Below, piece by piece: positions 35,301 to 47,335 of a stretch of DNA of 64,000 nucleotides. The DNA is from an uncultured Chloroflexia bacterium. GTDB lineage: Bacteria; Chloroflexota; Limnocylindria; Limnocylindrales; CSP1-4. The translations under genes and the position numbers were made by a program. A model generated the notes under the pieces. The model was not told the origin of the DNA. It was given only the letters and a program-made list of their open reading frames with translations, and did no database searches. Positions within the stretch are counted from its first letter, which is position 1, and each line of letters starts with the position of its first letter. Where the stretch lies: the NCBI GenBank assembly GCA_963774695.1, contig CAVZFY010000003.1:107043-171042 (forward strand), given 5' to 3'.

Positions 35301-35396
35301 CCGGGGCAGACGCCCGCGAAGACCGCGTCGCCGCCCGCCGGGCCGGAGGACACCCTCGCCCGACTCCGCGAGGCGAAGCGCCGCTCGCGCGGCTGA
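32386..35396 (+). CDS. large double-VWA membrane protein (5 frame breaks, each +1)
   Basis: The ATG at 32386 overlaps the previous stop (TGATG). Frames go 1 to 2 to 0 to 1 to 2 to 0 through ORFs 31597-33504, 33413-35602, 31956-34634, 34315-35946 and 33413-35602, plus an unlisted tail ending ...LARLREAKRRSRG* (TGA at 35394-35396). MIDAS motifs VVDMSDSVG and VIDKSGSM. C-terminal TM helix LWPWLLVLALLLWPL. Confidence 0.75.
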
Positions 35397-35445
35397 CCGA
35401 CCGCGCCCGGGGCGCCCACGGGGCGCCGGTGCTAGCCTCCCGTCG

Positions 35446-35946
35446 ATGGCACCGTCACCCGTCGGGCGCGCCCGCCCCCGCGCCGCCCGCGGCTTCGTCG
35501 CCGCCACGGTCGCGTCGCTCGTGCTCCCGCTCCTGCTCGCGGCGTGCGGGGCCATCAACGTCACCCCGGAGCCCGCGACCCCGACCGACTTCCCCGGCCT
35601 GACCGGTCGGTTCAACGCGGCCCAGGTGAAGGTTCGCGACTGGGTGTCGGGAGACGCCGGGTGCACCGACCCGGACCTGATCAAGTCGGCGATCAGCTTC
35701 ACGGCGAGCGGGCTCGATCAGGTCCAGCCGGTCAAGGTCTACCTGTACATCTTCTCCACCAAGGACGCCTTCGACCGCCACCTCGGCCAGGTCGGCCCGT
35801 GCGCGAAGTCCTTCGTCACGGACGCGGCGACGTTCGAGCAGGTCGCCCAGTCGCCGTACGTCCTCGTGGGCCAGGGGCCATGGGCGCCGGGCTTCACGAC
35901 GGCCGTGCAGCAGGTCCTGCAGAAGGCGGCCGGCACCGGGGACTGA
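35446..35946 (+). CDS. putative lipoprotein, unknown function
   Basis: Tail of ORF 34315-35946 from the ATG at 35446. Lipobox LLLAACG. No family recognised. Confidence 0.6.
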   Translation: MAPSPVGRARPRAARGFVAATVASLVLPLLLAACGAINVTPEPATPTDFPGLTGRFNAAQVKVRDWVSGDAGCTDPDLIKSAISFTASGLDQVQPVKVYLYIFSTKDAFDRHLGQVGPCAKSFVTDAATFEQVAQSPYVLVGQGPWAPGFTTAVQQVLQKAAGTGD

Positions 35947-36181
35947 GCGGCCCGGACCGGGCGCGAAATTGTTGCGCGTCTGCAACGCCCGTCCGACGGG
36001 TTCGTGTCGCATCCCCGACATCCTGAAGACCAAGGTCCCCATGGCGATCCCGCTGTCCGGCGTGTGCCCACGATCCGGACCGTGATCGCGGTGGGGAGCA
36101 TCGATGGCCATGGAGGCTCGGCCGCGGGTACTGCACGTATCCGCCACAGACCGCACTCCAGCGCACCAGGACCGGGAGGAC

Positions 36182-36202
36182 GGTCCCGATCCGATCGGGA
36201 CC
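36182..36202. promoter_or_regulatory. perfect 21-bp palindrome GGTCCCGATC-C-GATCGGGACC abutting the sortase RBS
   Basis: Read directly. AAGGAG follows at 36203-36208. GGAGCC (36205-36210) can also pair with GGCTCC (36222-36227). Confidence 0.3.
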
Positions 36203-36235
36203 AAGGAGCCGTCGAGCCCGAGGCTCCGGCGCCCG

Positions 36236-37051
36236 ATGCTCACGGACATGGAGATCACGCCTCGGCGCCGACGCGTCTTCGCGACGGCCCTCGCGTTCGT
36301 GCTCGCGATCGAGTCGGTGTCCGCCGTCGCGGCCGCGGGCCTCGCGACGACGGCGCTCCGGGACGCGCCTCGCGCGGCTCCCGCTCCGGTCGCGAACCTG
36401 GCGCACGCGACGGCGTCGGTCGCCCGCAAGGCGCGCGTCACCGCGGCCGTCGCCTGCCAGCCAGTCACCCGCGGGTCGCCGCGCGCCGGCGGTCGCGACC
36501 GCGCCCAAGGCCGCCGAGACCAGCCGGCGCCACGGAATCGAAGGCAGGCCACGCGCCGGCGCCTCGACCCGCCGACGATCCGGATCAAGCCGGCAGCGCA
36601 TCGCACCAGCCGCGCAACGCCCGCCGCGGGCAAGCAGGTCAGGCCCGCCTCGTTCACCGGCCGGAACCACGTGTGGATCCCGGCCCTCGGGATGAACCGG
36701 TCGATCTCGTCGTTCGCCTGCAGCCGCAGCCGCGAGCCCGACAACTACGTGTACCGCTGGGGTTGCGCCGGGTCGAACAACGTCTACCTGCTCGGCCACG
36801 CCTGGGGCGTGATGAAGCCACTCCATGACGCGTACACCAGTGGCCGCCTGAAGGTCGGCATGAAGGTCTGGTACGCCGATTCCAGCGGCCGCGTCACCGC
36901 CTACGCGGTGCGCTGGTGGAAGGTCGTGAAGCCGACGACGGCCGCGAGCTGGGCGTGGGCGTCGCAGGCGACGCGGTCGATGACGCTCCAGACGTGCGTC
37001 GGGGCGAAGAGCCAGAACCGGCTGATGGTGCGGCTGACGGCGGTCCACTGA
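36236..37051 (+). CDS. sortase-family transpeptidase-like protein (class F-like)
   Basis: ORF 36104-37051 from the Met at 36236. N-terminal TM anchor, His region NNVYLLGHAWG and catalytic-Cys motif MTLQTCVG (TLxTC). The basic Pro/Arg-rich linker may hide an indel. Confidence 0.6.
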   Translation: MLTDMEITPRRRRVFATALAFVLAIESVSAVAAAGLATTALRDAPRAAPAPVANLAHATASVARKARVTAAVACQPVTRGSPRAGGRDRAQGRRDQPAPRNRRQATRRRLDPPTIRIKPAAHRTSRATPAAGKQVRPASFTGRNHVWIPALGMNRSISSFACSRSREPDNYVYRWGCAGSNNVYLLGHAWGVMKPLHDAYTSGRLKVGMKVWYADSSGRVTAYAVRWWKVVKPTTAASWAWASQATRSMTLQTCVGAKSQNRLMVRLTAVH

Positions 37052-37055
37052 CCGC

Positions 37056-38223
37056 TCAGACGATCCGCAGCCCCAGGATCCGGCGCGCGATCACGAGCCG
37101 CTGGACCTGGCTCGTCCCCTCCCCGATCTCGGTCAGCTTGGCGTCGCGCAGGAAGCGCTCGACCTTGTAGTCCTCGGTGTAGCCGTAGCCGCCGTGGACC
37201 TGGATCGCCGCGTTGGTCGACGCGCGACGACACCTCGGACGCGAACAGCTTCGCCTGTGCCGAGGCCAGCGCGTAGTCGCGGCCCTGGTCCTTGAGCCAC
37301 GCCGAGCGGTAGACGAGGGCTCGCGCCGCCTCGATCTCGGTCGCCATGTCGGCGATCATGAACGCGACCCCCTGGAAGGTCCCGATCGGGCGCCCGAACT
37401 GCTCGCGCTCCTTCGCGTACGGGACCGCGGCGTCGAGCGCCGCCTGCGCGAGGCCGAGGGCCAGCGCGCCGATCGAGATCCGGCCGCCGTCGAGCACCTT
37501 GAGGAACGACCGGAAGCCGGCGCCCTCCTCGCCCAGCAGGTTGGCCGCCGGGACGCGCACGCCGTCGAAGCGCAGCTCGCCGGTCGCCGACGCGTGGAGG
37601 CCCATCTTCTCCTCGAGCCGGCCGACGCTGAACCCGTCGGCATCGGCCGGGACGATGAACGCGGAGATGCGCGCCGCGCCGTCGTCGGTCGTGCCCGTGC
37701 GGGCCGTGATCACGTACGTCCCGGCGTGGCCGGCGTTCGTGATGAACCGCTTCTGGCCGTCGATGACCCAGGTCCCGCCGTCGGCGCCGTCCTCGTGACG
37801 GGCCGTCGTCCGCGTGCCGCCGGCGTCCGAGCCCGCGGACGGCTCCGTGAGCCCGTACGCGCCGATCACCTTGCCCGAGGCGAGCGGGGTGAGCCAGCGG
37901 TCGCGCTGCTCGTCGGTGCCCGCGATCATCAGCGGGCCGCAGCCGAGGCTCGTGTGGGCCGCGACGATGAGCCCGAGCGAGCCCCACACGCGGCCGATCT
38001 CCTCGACCGCGATCGCGTAGGCGAGCGTGTCCATCCCGGCGCCGCCCCATCGCTCGGGGACGTTGATCCCGAGCCAGCCGAGCTCGCCGATCCGCCGCAC
38101 GATCTCGATCGGGAATCGCCGCGCGTGCTCGTGCTCGTCGACGACGGGCGCGACCTCCGCCTCCATGAACTCGCGGATGGTGTCCCGGAGGAGCACGTGG
38201 TCGGGCGAGAGGTCGAGATCCAT
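37056..38223 (-). CDS. acyl-CoA dehydrogenase (1 frameshift)
   Basis: ORF 36901-38223(-) ([24 protein letters not shown]..., [11 protein letters not shown]) plus a corrected tail ...[49 protein letters not shown] with its stop at 37056. Break near 37215. Confidence 0.87.
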
Positions 38224-38227
38224 CGGC

Positions 38228-39284
38228 CTAGCCCTCTTCGCGCTCCACGACCTTGCGGCGCGCGGGCTCGAGGCGCGGCGCCGGCACGTCCGAGACGTTG
38301 GGCACGAACGATGCGGCGAGCGAGGTCGCGGCGATCCGCTCCTGCTGCTCGAGCGACAGGATGCCGAGCCGCCCGAGCGTCGCGAGCTCGTCGCGGATGT
38401 ACGTCTTGAGCATCTCCGGGCCGTCGGTGCTGATCGTGTATCGCACGCCGTTGCGGTGCAGCTGGTCGAAGATCCAGCGGAACTCGTCCCAGCCCGACAC
38501 GACGCCGGTGTTGAGGTTCGAGGTCGGGCAGATCTCGAGCACGATGCCGCGCTCGCGGAGCATCGACATCGCCCGCGGGTCGTAGGCCGCCTTCACGCCG
38601 TGGCCGATGCGGTCGGGCTCCAGCAGCTCGATCACGCGGGCGACCTCCTCGACCGGGCCCGGCCTCGCCGGTGTGGATCGTGATCCCGAGCCCGAACTGG
38701 CGGGCGCGGCGCAGGAGGCGCTTGTAGTCGGCCACCCGGAACGTCGCGGACTCGGGGCCGGCGATGTCGACGCCGACGACGCCCCGATCGCGCCACAGGA
38801 TCGCCTTCTCGACGATGATCTCGTTGAGCTCGTACGGGAAGGCGCGGTCGAGGCAGAAGATCAGGCCCGGCTTCACCGGGTACTCGAGCGTCGCGCGGTC
38901 CATGCCCCGCACCGCCGCGGCGATGATGTGGTCGAGGTCCTGCTCGCCGCCCCGGTTGCGCTTCATCGGGTTGAAGCGCAGCTCCATCGTGGTGACGTTG
39001 TTCTTGCGGTACGCCCCGCCGACGACCTCGTACACCGCGCGCTCGACCGCGATCGGGCTCGACTGGATGAGCTCGGTCCAGTGGAACAGCTGCAGGTAGC
39101 CGTCGAAGCTCTTGGTCCGCCCGGGATGGACCGTGATCAGGTCACGGAAGTCCCAGTAGTTCCGGGTGGGGAGCTTGATGCCCTGCGCGTGGGCGATCGA
39201 CCACATGATCGCCGGGGTGACCGCCGCCCCGAGGTGGCAATGGAGCTCCGCGAGCGGGACCTTGCGACTCAGGGTCTTGGGCAT
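38228..39284 (-). CDS. adenosine/adenine deaminase-family protein (1 frameshift)
   Basis: Stitched from ORF 37929-40052(-) (from the Met at 39284: [22 protein letters not shown]...) and ORF 38228-38635(-) ([20 protein letters not shown]). Break near 38640-38660. Confidence 0.8.
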
Positions 39285-39319
39285 CGACCCAAGGATAGCC
39301 GAGAGCGGTCCGGCGGACC

Positions 39320-40371
39320 CTAGCCCGCCGCAGGCACCACGCGGCCGTCCGCGTCGATCGTCGCCTGGCGGCGGAGCGCCTTGAGCTCGGCGCCCGGGAC
39401 CTGGTCGCGGGCGTGGTAGCTCGAGCGGACGAGCGGGCCCGGACTCGACGTGCTTGAAGCCGAGCGCGAGCGCCTCGGTCTTCATCTCGGCGAACTCGTC
39501 GGGGTGGTAGTAGCGGATCAGCGGCAGGTGCTGCTCGGTCGGGCGCAGGTACTGGCCGATGGTGAGGATGTCGACGTCGACCTCGCGCAGCGCCTCGAAC
39601 GCCTCGGTCATCTCGTCGCGGGTCTCGCCGAGGCCGACCATGAGCGAGCTCTTCGTGTGCGCCGCGTGGCCGTACTCGGTCGCGTACGACTTCGCCCGCT
39701 CGAGCACGCCCAGCGTGCGGTCCCAGCGGGCCCGCTTGCGGACCGGCTTCTGGAGCCGCCGGACGGTCTCCAGGTTGTGGTTGAGGATGTCGGGACCGGC
39801 CTCCATGACCGCGCGAAGGGGCGCCTCGGCGCCGTTGAAGTCCGGGATCAGCACCTCGACGCCCATGCCCGGGCATTCGGTCGCGCAGCTCGCGGATGGT
39901 CGCGGCGAAGGCCCCGGCGCCGCCGTCGGGCAGGTCGTCGCGGGCGACCGAGGTGACCACGACGTGCTCGAGGCGCATCTGCGCCACGGCTTCGGCGACC
40001 CGACGCGGCTCGTCGTCGTCGAACCAGGTCGGGCGACCGGTCTTGATCGCACAGAAGCCGCAGGCCCGGGTGCAGGTGTCGCCCAGGATCATCACCGTGG
40101 CGGTGCGCTGGTCCCAGCAGTCCCCGATGTTGGGGCAGCGGGCCTCCTCGCACACGGTGTTGAGGTTCAGGCCACGCAGCAGGCCCTTGAGGTCGTGGTA
40201 GTTGTCGCCCGACGGCATCCGCGCCTTGATCCAGTCGGGATGGCGGCGGAGCGGGATCGTGCCGTCGGCGGCCGGGCCGAACGGGCCGCCGCCCATCGCG
40301 ATCGAGATGTCGCCCGGGCTCGGCGCATGGTGGCCCCCCGCCGGTTCGAACATCGGGAGCTCGCGAGCCAT
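39320..40371 (-). CDS. lipA: lipoyl synthase (2 frame breaks)
   Basis: Stitched from ORF 39142-41082(-) (from the Met at 40371), ORF 37929-40052(-) and an unlisted tail. Cluster motifs [12 protein letters not shown] and the radical-[20 protein letters not shown]. Confidence 0.9.
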
Positions 40372-40385
40372 GGGTCGAGTGTAGG

Positions 40386-41342
40386 TCAGGCCTTCGCGAC
40401 CGTGTCGCGGATGGCCGTGGCGGCGTCCCGCGGCGCGTAGCCGAGCTCGTCCTTGGCCCGCTGGGACGACGCCCAGTACGTCACGCCGGCGGACGACGAC
40501 ACCACCTCGCCCGCGTTCCGCTGCCCGACGAGGCGGCCGAACGGCACCATCGCGCGCAGGAACCCGTCGCGGAGCCGGATCCGCGGGAGCGTGTGCCCGC
40601 CGGCCTCGGCCGCGATCTCGAGGGCCTCGCCGAACCGGATGCAGTCGCCCGCGATCACGTACGAACGGCCGACCTCGCCGCGGGCCAGGGCGGACGTGAT
40701 CCCGGCGGCGACGTCGTCGACGTGGGCCGGCGCGATGCCCAGGTCGGCCGCCGCGACGTACGGCAGGCGGCCGTCGTGCGCCTGCACGAGCTGCTCGCCG
40801 ATGGCCGTGTGATCGCCGGGCCCGACGACCGTGCCGGGCATCGCGATCACGATCGGCGCGCCGGCCACGATCCGCGCCTCGGCGACCTCGTGGGCCCGGT
40901 GCTTGGTCTCGTCGTAGTAGCTGAGGAACCCACCGGTGAGGTCGCGGCGATACGACTCGTCCACGATCCGGCCCTGCGTGTTGCCGAACACGTTCACCGT
41001 CGAGACGTAGACGATCCGCGGCACGCGCGCCGCCTCGGCCGCCTCGAGGACCCGCGTCGTCGTGCCGACGTTCGCGTCCCACATCGCCGGCCGCTCGTCG
41101 GCGGTGATCCCGATCCGGTAGGAGCCCGCGGCGTGGATGACCGCGTCCGCGGCGTCGAGATGCTCGCGGAGCCGGGCGGGATCCGACAGGTCGTCGGCGA
41201 CGAGCTCCGCGCCCAGCCCGTCCAGCGCAGCGGCCTTCGCCGGGTCACGCACGAGCGCCACGACCTGCTCGCCTCGATCGCGGAGCCGCGCGACCACGCG
41301 ACTGCCGATGAACCCGGCGCCGCCCGTGACGACGATCCGCAT
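40386..41342 (-). CDS. NAD-dependent epimerase/dehydratase-family SDR
   Basis: ORF 40386-41546(-) from the Met at 41342, intact (319 aa). Rossmann motif [10 protein letters not shown]. Confidence 0.8.
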   Translation of the reverse strand: MRIVVTGGAGFIGSRVVARLRDRGEQVVALVRDPAKAAALDGLGAELVADDLSDPARLREHLDAADAVIHAAGSYRIGITADERPAMWDANVGTTTRVLEAAEAARVPRIVYVSTVNVFGNTQGRIVDESYRRDLTGGFLSYYDETKHRAHEVAEARIVAGAPIVIAMPGTVVGPGDHTAIGEQLVQAHDGRLPYVAAADLGIAPAHVDDVAAGITSALARGEVGRSYVIAGDCIRFGEALEIAAEAGGHTLPRIRLRDGFLRAMVPFGRLVGQRNAGEVVSSSAGVTYWASSQRAKDELGYAPRDAATAIRDTVAKA

Positions 41343-41776
41343 CAGGACGGGCCCGGGTCGCTGGGGATCGGCGAATCCTGGATGGGCTGGACCAGCACGT
41401 CCGAAACCCCGGGGTGACCGGTCACGGCCAGAAACCACGGCGGCCCGGAACTCAGGAACGCATCGCGCAGGCCGGGTTGAAGGACGTCGACGTCGAACCG
41501 CGCGGTGAAGGTGCTGCCGCCCATCGTCGACGCGATCGGCTGGCACTGGGCGCCGACGGCAGGAAGCGGGTGGCTCGTCGTGAACTCAGCGCCGGGCCGG
41601 TGCAGGCACAGGAACGCGACCGAGTCGAGGTCGTGCCACGGGTCGAGCGTGAACGTCGCCCCACGCGGGTCGAACGTCGTCGTGAGGGTCGGGGCGTCCT
41701 CAGGGGGGTGCGGCAGCAGTCCGCAGCCTGACGCGAGCAGGGCGGTCAACGCGACGCTCACGGCGAGCGTCCGCAT
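41342..41776 (-). CDS. putative lipoprotein, unknown function
   Basis: Tail of ORF 41342-43183(-) from the Met at 41776. Lipobox LLASGCG. The stop overlaps the SDR start. Confidence 0.55.
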   Translation of the reverse strand: MRTLAVSVALTALLASGCGLLPHPPEDAPTLTTTFDPRGATFTLDPWHDLDSVAFLCLHRPGAEFTTSHPLPAVGAQCQPIASTMGGSTFTARFDVDVLQPGLRDAFLSSGPPWFLAVTGHPGVSDVLVQPIQDSPIPSDPGPS

Positions 41777-41778
41777 CC

Positions 41779-43183
41779 CTAGTAGACGGCCGTGTCCGGA
41801 CCGACGCCCTCGAGCCAGGCCTTGATGTCGCGCAGCAGCGCGGCGCCGCCGGCGCCGTCGTTGGCCCGGTGGTCGACGCCGAGGACCATGTTCATGATCG
41901 GGCGGATCGCGATGACGTCGCCGTCGTCGGTCGAGACGACGACCGCGCGCTTCGTGATCGCCTCCATCGTGACGATGCCGACCTCGGGCACGTTGATGAT
42001 CGGCATCACGAGGTTGGTGCCGAGGTACCCGGTGTTGTCGACGGTGAACGTGCCGCCGCCGAAGTCGTCGAGGCGGAGCTTGTTCGCGCGGGCACGGTTC
42101 GCGACGTCGAGGATCGCGGCGTTGAGGCCGTGGACCGAGAGCTGGTCCGCGTCCCGGATCACCGGCACGATCAGCCCGTCGTCGACCGCGACCGCCACGC
42201 CGATGTTGATCCGCCGCTTGGCCAGGAGGCCGTCGTCGGTCCAGTGGGCGTTGAACGTCGGGTTGCGCTTGAGCGCCTCGGCGGCCGCCTTGACCACGAA
42301 CGGGACGTAGCTGAGCGAGAGGCCTTCCTTGGCCTGGTACGCCTTCTTCGTGCGCTCGCGGAGCGCGACGAGGCGCGTCGCGTCGATCTCCATCTGCACG
42401 TAGGCGTGCGGGACCGCCAGGGCACGCGTCATCTGCGCCGCGATGCCCTTGCGCATCTGGGTCATCGGGACGAGGACCTCGTCCGCGCCGGCGGGGAACG
42501 TGATCCCGGCGCCGGTGGACGCGGCGCTGGCCGGGGCGGGCCTGCGTCGCCGGTGCCGCGGGTGTCGACGCGGGCGCCGCCGGAGCGGTGCCCGTGCGCT
42601 GGGCCTCGACGACGGCGATGACGTCCTCGCGCGTGATCCGCCCGCCACCGCCGGTCCCGACGACCTGCGATGCCTCGAGGCCGTGCTCGCGGAGCAGGCG
42701 GCGGACGGCCGGGGTCATGCGGGCGTTCGGGTCGCCATCGGCGGTGAGCGTCGGCGCCGCCGTGGCGGCGGCCTGGAAGACGGGCGCCGGCGCCGGTGCG
42801 GCGGGCGCCGGAGCCGGGGTTGCGGCAACCGCCGTCGCGGCGACGGGTCGCTCGTCGGAGCCCGCGGGACCGTGGGCGGGCTCGGGGGTCGGTGCCGGAG
42901 ACGGCGCCGGGGCGGCCGGTGCCTCGGTCCCGCCCGAGAGCGCCTCGTCCTCGGTCTCGATGACCGCGATCTCGGCGTTGTTGGGGACGGTGTCGCCCTC
43001 CTGCGCGAGGATCTCCTTGAGCACGCCCGCGAAGGGCGATGGAACCTCGGCATTGACCTTGTCGGTGATGACCTCGAGCAGCGGCTCGTACTTGGCCACC
43101 GTGTCGCCCGGCTGCTTCAGCCAGCGTCCGATCGTCCCCTCCGCCACGCTCTCGCCGAGCTGGGGCATCGTCACCTTGGCCAC
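41779..43183 (-). CDS. dihydrolipoamide acyltransferase (E2) of a 2-oxoacid dehydrogenase complex (1 frameshift)
   Basis: Stitched from ORF 41342-43183(-) (lipoyl domain ...[14 protein letters not shown]3-binding [14 protein letters not shown]) and ORF 41779-42648(-) (catalytic DHRANDGA). Break near 42540. Confidence 0.9.
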
Positions 43184-43283
43184 TGGATCTCGTCCTCCGA
43201 TGAAGCGCCGTTGCGAGGGCCCTGCCCTTCGTTCCTAGTGTCGCGCATCACGGCCGGGCATGCCGCAGGCGCGTGCGACCGCC

Positions 43284-43631
43284 TCAGCCCGGCTCCTCGT
43301 CACGGTCCGTGTCCTTGACCCAGCCGAGGTGCTTGCGGAGCCAGCCGACCGACGCGAGGTGGTAGGTCGACGCCTCGTCGTAGGCCGGGAGGGCCTCGGT
43401 CGCGGCGACGTTCGTCGCGATGCTCTCGCTGCTGATGGTCGTGATCCGCTCGGCCGCGACCATCGCGTCGTGCTTCGCGTCGCCATCCCGGCCGACGCGC
43501 ACGCCGTGGAAGATGTCGTCGGCGTCGGATCCCAGCACCTCGCGCACGGTGCCCAGGCGCGTCCCGTCGGCGGCGACGACGGGCGTGCCGTAGACGATGG
43601 CCCGCCAGGCGATCGGCGTGGGATCCGTCAT
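43284..43631 (-). CDS. small PRC-barrel/DUF2171-like protein (tentative)
   Basis: ORF 43284-43874(-) from the Met at 43631, intact. The family call is by weak resemblance only. Confidence 0.45.
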   Translation of the reverse strand: MTDPTPIAWRAIVYGTPVVAADGTRLGTVREVLGSDADDIFHGVRVGRDGDAKHDAMVAAERITTISSESIATNVAATEALPAYDEASTYHLASVGWLRKHLGWVKDTDRDEEPG

Positions 43632-43753
43632 GAAGCGCCTCCTCGTCGCGTGAGCGTGGTCGTGTGCGACCCGACCATCTTCGTCCACACGCGCCACACG
43701 GGCGAATCCGCGAACGTGACACGTCTCGACGACCGCGTCGGTACGCTCGGACG

Positions 43754-44886
43754 GTGATCGAGACGACCTGGGAGCAGATCGCCGCGCTCCGGATGGAGCG
43801 TCACCACCTGGAGGAGCGCGCCCCGGATCGGGAGATGCTCGACGTCGTCCGTGGCCTCGTCGCCGTCCAGGCACAGGTCATGGGCTCCGCGGAGCTCGCG
43901 ATCCACGCCCGCGTCGACGGCCTGCGACGGGACGACGTCCGCGACGCGCTGTGGCGCGACCGGACGCTGGTCAAGACGTGGGCGATGCGCGGGACGCTGC
44001 ACCTCGTCGCGTCGGACGAGCTGCCGGAGCTCGTCGGCGCCCTCGGCACGCGCATCAACTGGCTGCGGCCGGTCTGGCTCCGCTACTTCGAGGTCACCGC
44101 CGACGAGATGCTCGCGCTGCAGGACGCGATCGGCGACGTCCTCTCGGACACGCCGATGACCCGGGCCGCGCTGGCGACGGCCCTGGCGCGGCACCTCGGC
44201 AACGAGGCGTTCGCCGACCGCGTGTCCTCGGGCTGGGGCACGTTCCTCAAGCCGGCCGCGAGCCGCGGGCTGCTGTGCTTCGGGCCCGACGACGGCCGCA
44301 ACGTGACGTTCGTCGATCCCCGCGCCTGGCTCGGGCGCCCGATGCCCGAGCCCTCCGAGGACGCCATCGGCGCCGTCATCGAGCGCCAGCTCGCCGCGTT
44401 CCCCGGGCAGCTCGAGGGGCGAGCTCGCGCGGTGGTGGGGCGTCCAGGGCGGCGCGCCGCTGCGGAAGCCGATCGCGGGTCTCGGCGATCGCGTGGTCGA
44501 GGTGCTGGCCGACGGCACGAAGGTGCTGGTCCGTCGAGACGACCTCGACGAGCTCCGGAACGTGGCGCCGTCGACGCGGGTGCGACTGCTGCCCGGCTTC
44601 GATCCGTACACGCTCTCGCTGCAGAAGGAGGCCGAGCCGCTGCTGCCGCTGGCCCGACGACCGCTCGTGTCGCGGACGGCGGGCTGGATCAGCCAGGTCG
44701 TCATCGTCGGCGGGGCGGTGGTCGGGACGTGGACGCACGAGCAGAAGAAGGGCCGGCTCGCCGATCGAGGTCGCGCCGTGGCGGCGCCTGACGAGGCTCG
44801 AGCGCGGCGCGATCGACGAGGAGGCGGCGAGGATCGGCGCGTTCCTGGACGCGCAGCCGGACGTGACGATCGGCGACCCGGTCTAG
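43754..44886 (+). CDS. winged-helix YcaQ-family (DUF1006) protein, putative DNA crosslink glycosylase (2 frame breaks)
   Basis: Stitched from ORFs 43664-44791 (GTG at 43754), 44493-45281 and 43951-44886. Motifs AVQAQVMGSAELAIHAR, LVKTWAMRGTLHLV, LLPGFDPYTL. Confidence 0.7.
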
Positions 44887-45224
44887 CCGGCGACGTACCG
44901 CTCGTACGCCCGGGCGACGAGCGCCTCGAGGTCCGCGAACAGCGCCTCGTCCACCGCCGGGAAGGCGAAGGCCGTCTTCGCCTGCCGCCGCGCCAGCAGC
45001 GCCGGCGAGCAGCCGTCGAGCAGGTCGGGCCAGGTCACCATCGGCATCAGGAAGAAGCTGACGTGCTTCGACGCCGGCTTCACGAACGCGAACCAGTCGT
45101 GGGCCTTCGCGCCGGTGCGCCGCAGGGTCGGGATGTTGTAGATCGTGGCCGACTCGAGGCGGTCGCGGTACGGATCCAGGATCTGCTCCAGGCGGGCCTC
45201 GACGGCGGCCAGGTCCGCCATCAC
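44883..45224 (-). CDS. small hypothetical protein (DUF1801/YdhG-like, tentative)
   Basis: ORF 44883-45224(-), intact, 113 aa. Confidence 0.45.
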   Translation of the reverse strand: MMADLAAVEARLEQILDPYRDRLESATIYNIPTLRRTGAKAHDWFAFVKPASKHVSFFLMPMVTWPDLLDGCSPALLARRQAKTAFAFPAVDEALFADLEALVARAYERYVAG

Positions 45225-45231
45225 CGACGCC

Positions 45232-46216
45232 TCAGTACGCGGCGAGCTTGCGGATCGCGTCGGCGATCTTCGCCGGGCTGAGCATGAACCAGTCCTCGAG
45301 CGCGTGGTTGTACGGCACGCCCGGCACGTCGGGGCCGGCGATCCGCGACACCGGGCCGTCGAGGTAGTCGAACGCCTCCTCGGCGACCATCGCGCAGATC
45401 TCGGCGCCGTAGCCGCCGAACCGGTTGTCCTCGTACGCCACCAGGCACTTGCCGGTCTTGCGCACCGAGGACAGGATCGTGTCCCGGTCGAGCGGCCGCA
45501 GCGACCGCACGTCGATCACCTCGACGTCGATGTCCTCGTTCCCGACCCGCTCCGCGGCCTCGAGCGCGTACAGCGTCATCAGCCCGTAGGCGATCACGGT
45601 GACCTGGCTGCCGGTCCGGCGCACCGCCGCGCGAGCCCAGCGGCACCGCGTAGTCGCCGTCGGGCACCTCGCCGCGGACGCTGCGGTACATCTTCTTGTG
45701 CTCGAAGAACAGCACCGGGTCGTCGTCGCGGATCGCCGTCCGCAGCAGCCCCTTCGCGTCGTACGGCGTCGACGGGATGACCACCTTGAGCCCGGGCACG
45801 TGCGTGAAGAACGCCTCGACCGACTGCGAGTGGTACAGCGCGCCGTGCACCCCGCCGCCGTACGGCGCGCGGACGACCATCGGGACGCTGAAGCCGTTGT
45901 TCGAGCGGTAGCGCATCCGCGCGGCCTCGGACACCAGCTGGTTGAACGCCGGGTGGATGAAGTCGGCGAACTGGATCTCGGCGACCGGGCGCAGGCCGTT
46001 GATGGCCGCGCCGATCGAGGCGCCGATGATCATCGACTCGGTCAGCGGCGTGTCGATGACCCGGTCGTCGCCGAACTCGCCCCACAGCCCGTCGGTCGCC
46101 AGGAACACGCCGCCCTTCTTGCCGACGTCCTCGCCCAGGACGATGACCGACTCGTCGCGCCGCATCTCCTCGGCCATGCCGTCGCGGATCGCCTCGATGA
46201 ACGTGCGGACCGGCAT
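45232..46216 (-). CDS. 2-oxoacid dehydrogenase E1 beta subunit (1 frameshift)
   Basis: Stitched from ORF 45221-46216(-) ([18 protein letters not shown]..., [11 protein letters not shown]) and ORF 45232-45624(-). Break near 45630. Confidence 0.9.
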
Positions 46217-47294
46217 CAGTGCGCGCCCCCGGCGTGCCGCCGTGCCACGGCGGCGGCGTCTCGCCCGGCCAGTGCTCGCCGTAGACCCAGTCGAGCGCCG
46301 TCGCCGGGTCCGGGTCCGGCTGGCCCTCGGCGTAGTCGGTGGCGTCGTCGACGATGCCGGAGATCTCGGCGGTCATCGCGGCCTCGATCTCGTCGGTCAG
46401 CACGCCCGCGTCGCGCAGCTGCGCCCGGAAGATCGGCACCGGGTCGTTGGCCTTGCCGGCCTCGAGGTCGTCGGCCGATCGGTACTTGGTCTGCTGGTCG
46501 TCGGACGAGTGCGCGGTCAGCCGCGTCACCTTCGCCTCGATCAGGGTCGGGCCGCCGCCGTTGCGGGCGAGGTCGACCGCCTCGCGGGCCGCGACGAAGC
46601 AGGCGAGCACGTCCGTGCCGTCCACGATCACGCCCGGCATCCCGTACCCGGACGCCCGCACGGCCACGTCCTTGACGCTCAGCTCCTTCTCGGCCGGGAC
46701 GCTGATCGCGTAGCCGTTGTTCTCGACGACGAACACGAACGGCAGCTTGTGGATCGCCGCGAAGTTGAGCGCCTCGTGGACGTCGCCCTGGTTCGAGCTC
46801 CCCTCGCCCATCACCGCGACCGCGACCTGGCCGGTGTGCCGGATCTTCGCCGCCAGCGCGATCCCGACCGCGTGGAGGATCTGGGTCGCGACCGGCGACG
46901 AGACCGAGACGAGGTGGTGCTCGGCGTAGCCGTAGTGGCCGGGCATCTGGCGGCCGCCCGAGGACGGGTCGCTGGCCGTGGCGTACTGCGCGGTCATGAT
47001 GTCGCGCGCGCTCATGCCGAAGGCGAGGCACGTGGCGATCGAGCGGTAGAACGGGGCGATCCAGTCGTGGCCCTTCTGCAGGGGCCAGGTCAGGCCGACC
47101 TGCGCGCCCTCGTGGCCCTGGCCGCTGATCACGAACGGGATGCGGCCGGCGCGGTTGAGGATCCACATCCGCTCGTCGACCGCCCTGGCCAGCGCGACCG
47201 TGCGGTACATGGCGACGAGGTCGACGTCGGCGAGGCCGACCGAGGCGGCGAGCGGGCTCGTCGCGGCGTCCCCGCTGCGATCCGTGACCGTCAT
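46216..47294 (-). CDS. 2-oxoacid dehydrogenase E1 alpha subunit, TPP-dependent (frame break near 3' end)
   Basis: ORF 45594-48902(-) from the Met at 47294. Motif [36 protein letters not shown]. The stop at 46216-46218 is reached only after a frame change near 46225-46235. Confidence 0.88.
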
Positions 47295-47335
47295 CGCGTC
47301 CTCCGTGGACCGGTCCCCGGCGCGCCGGCCGCCGG

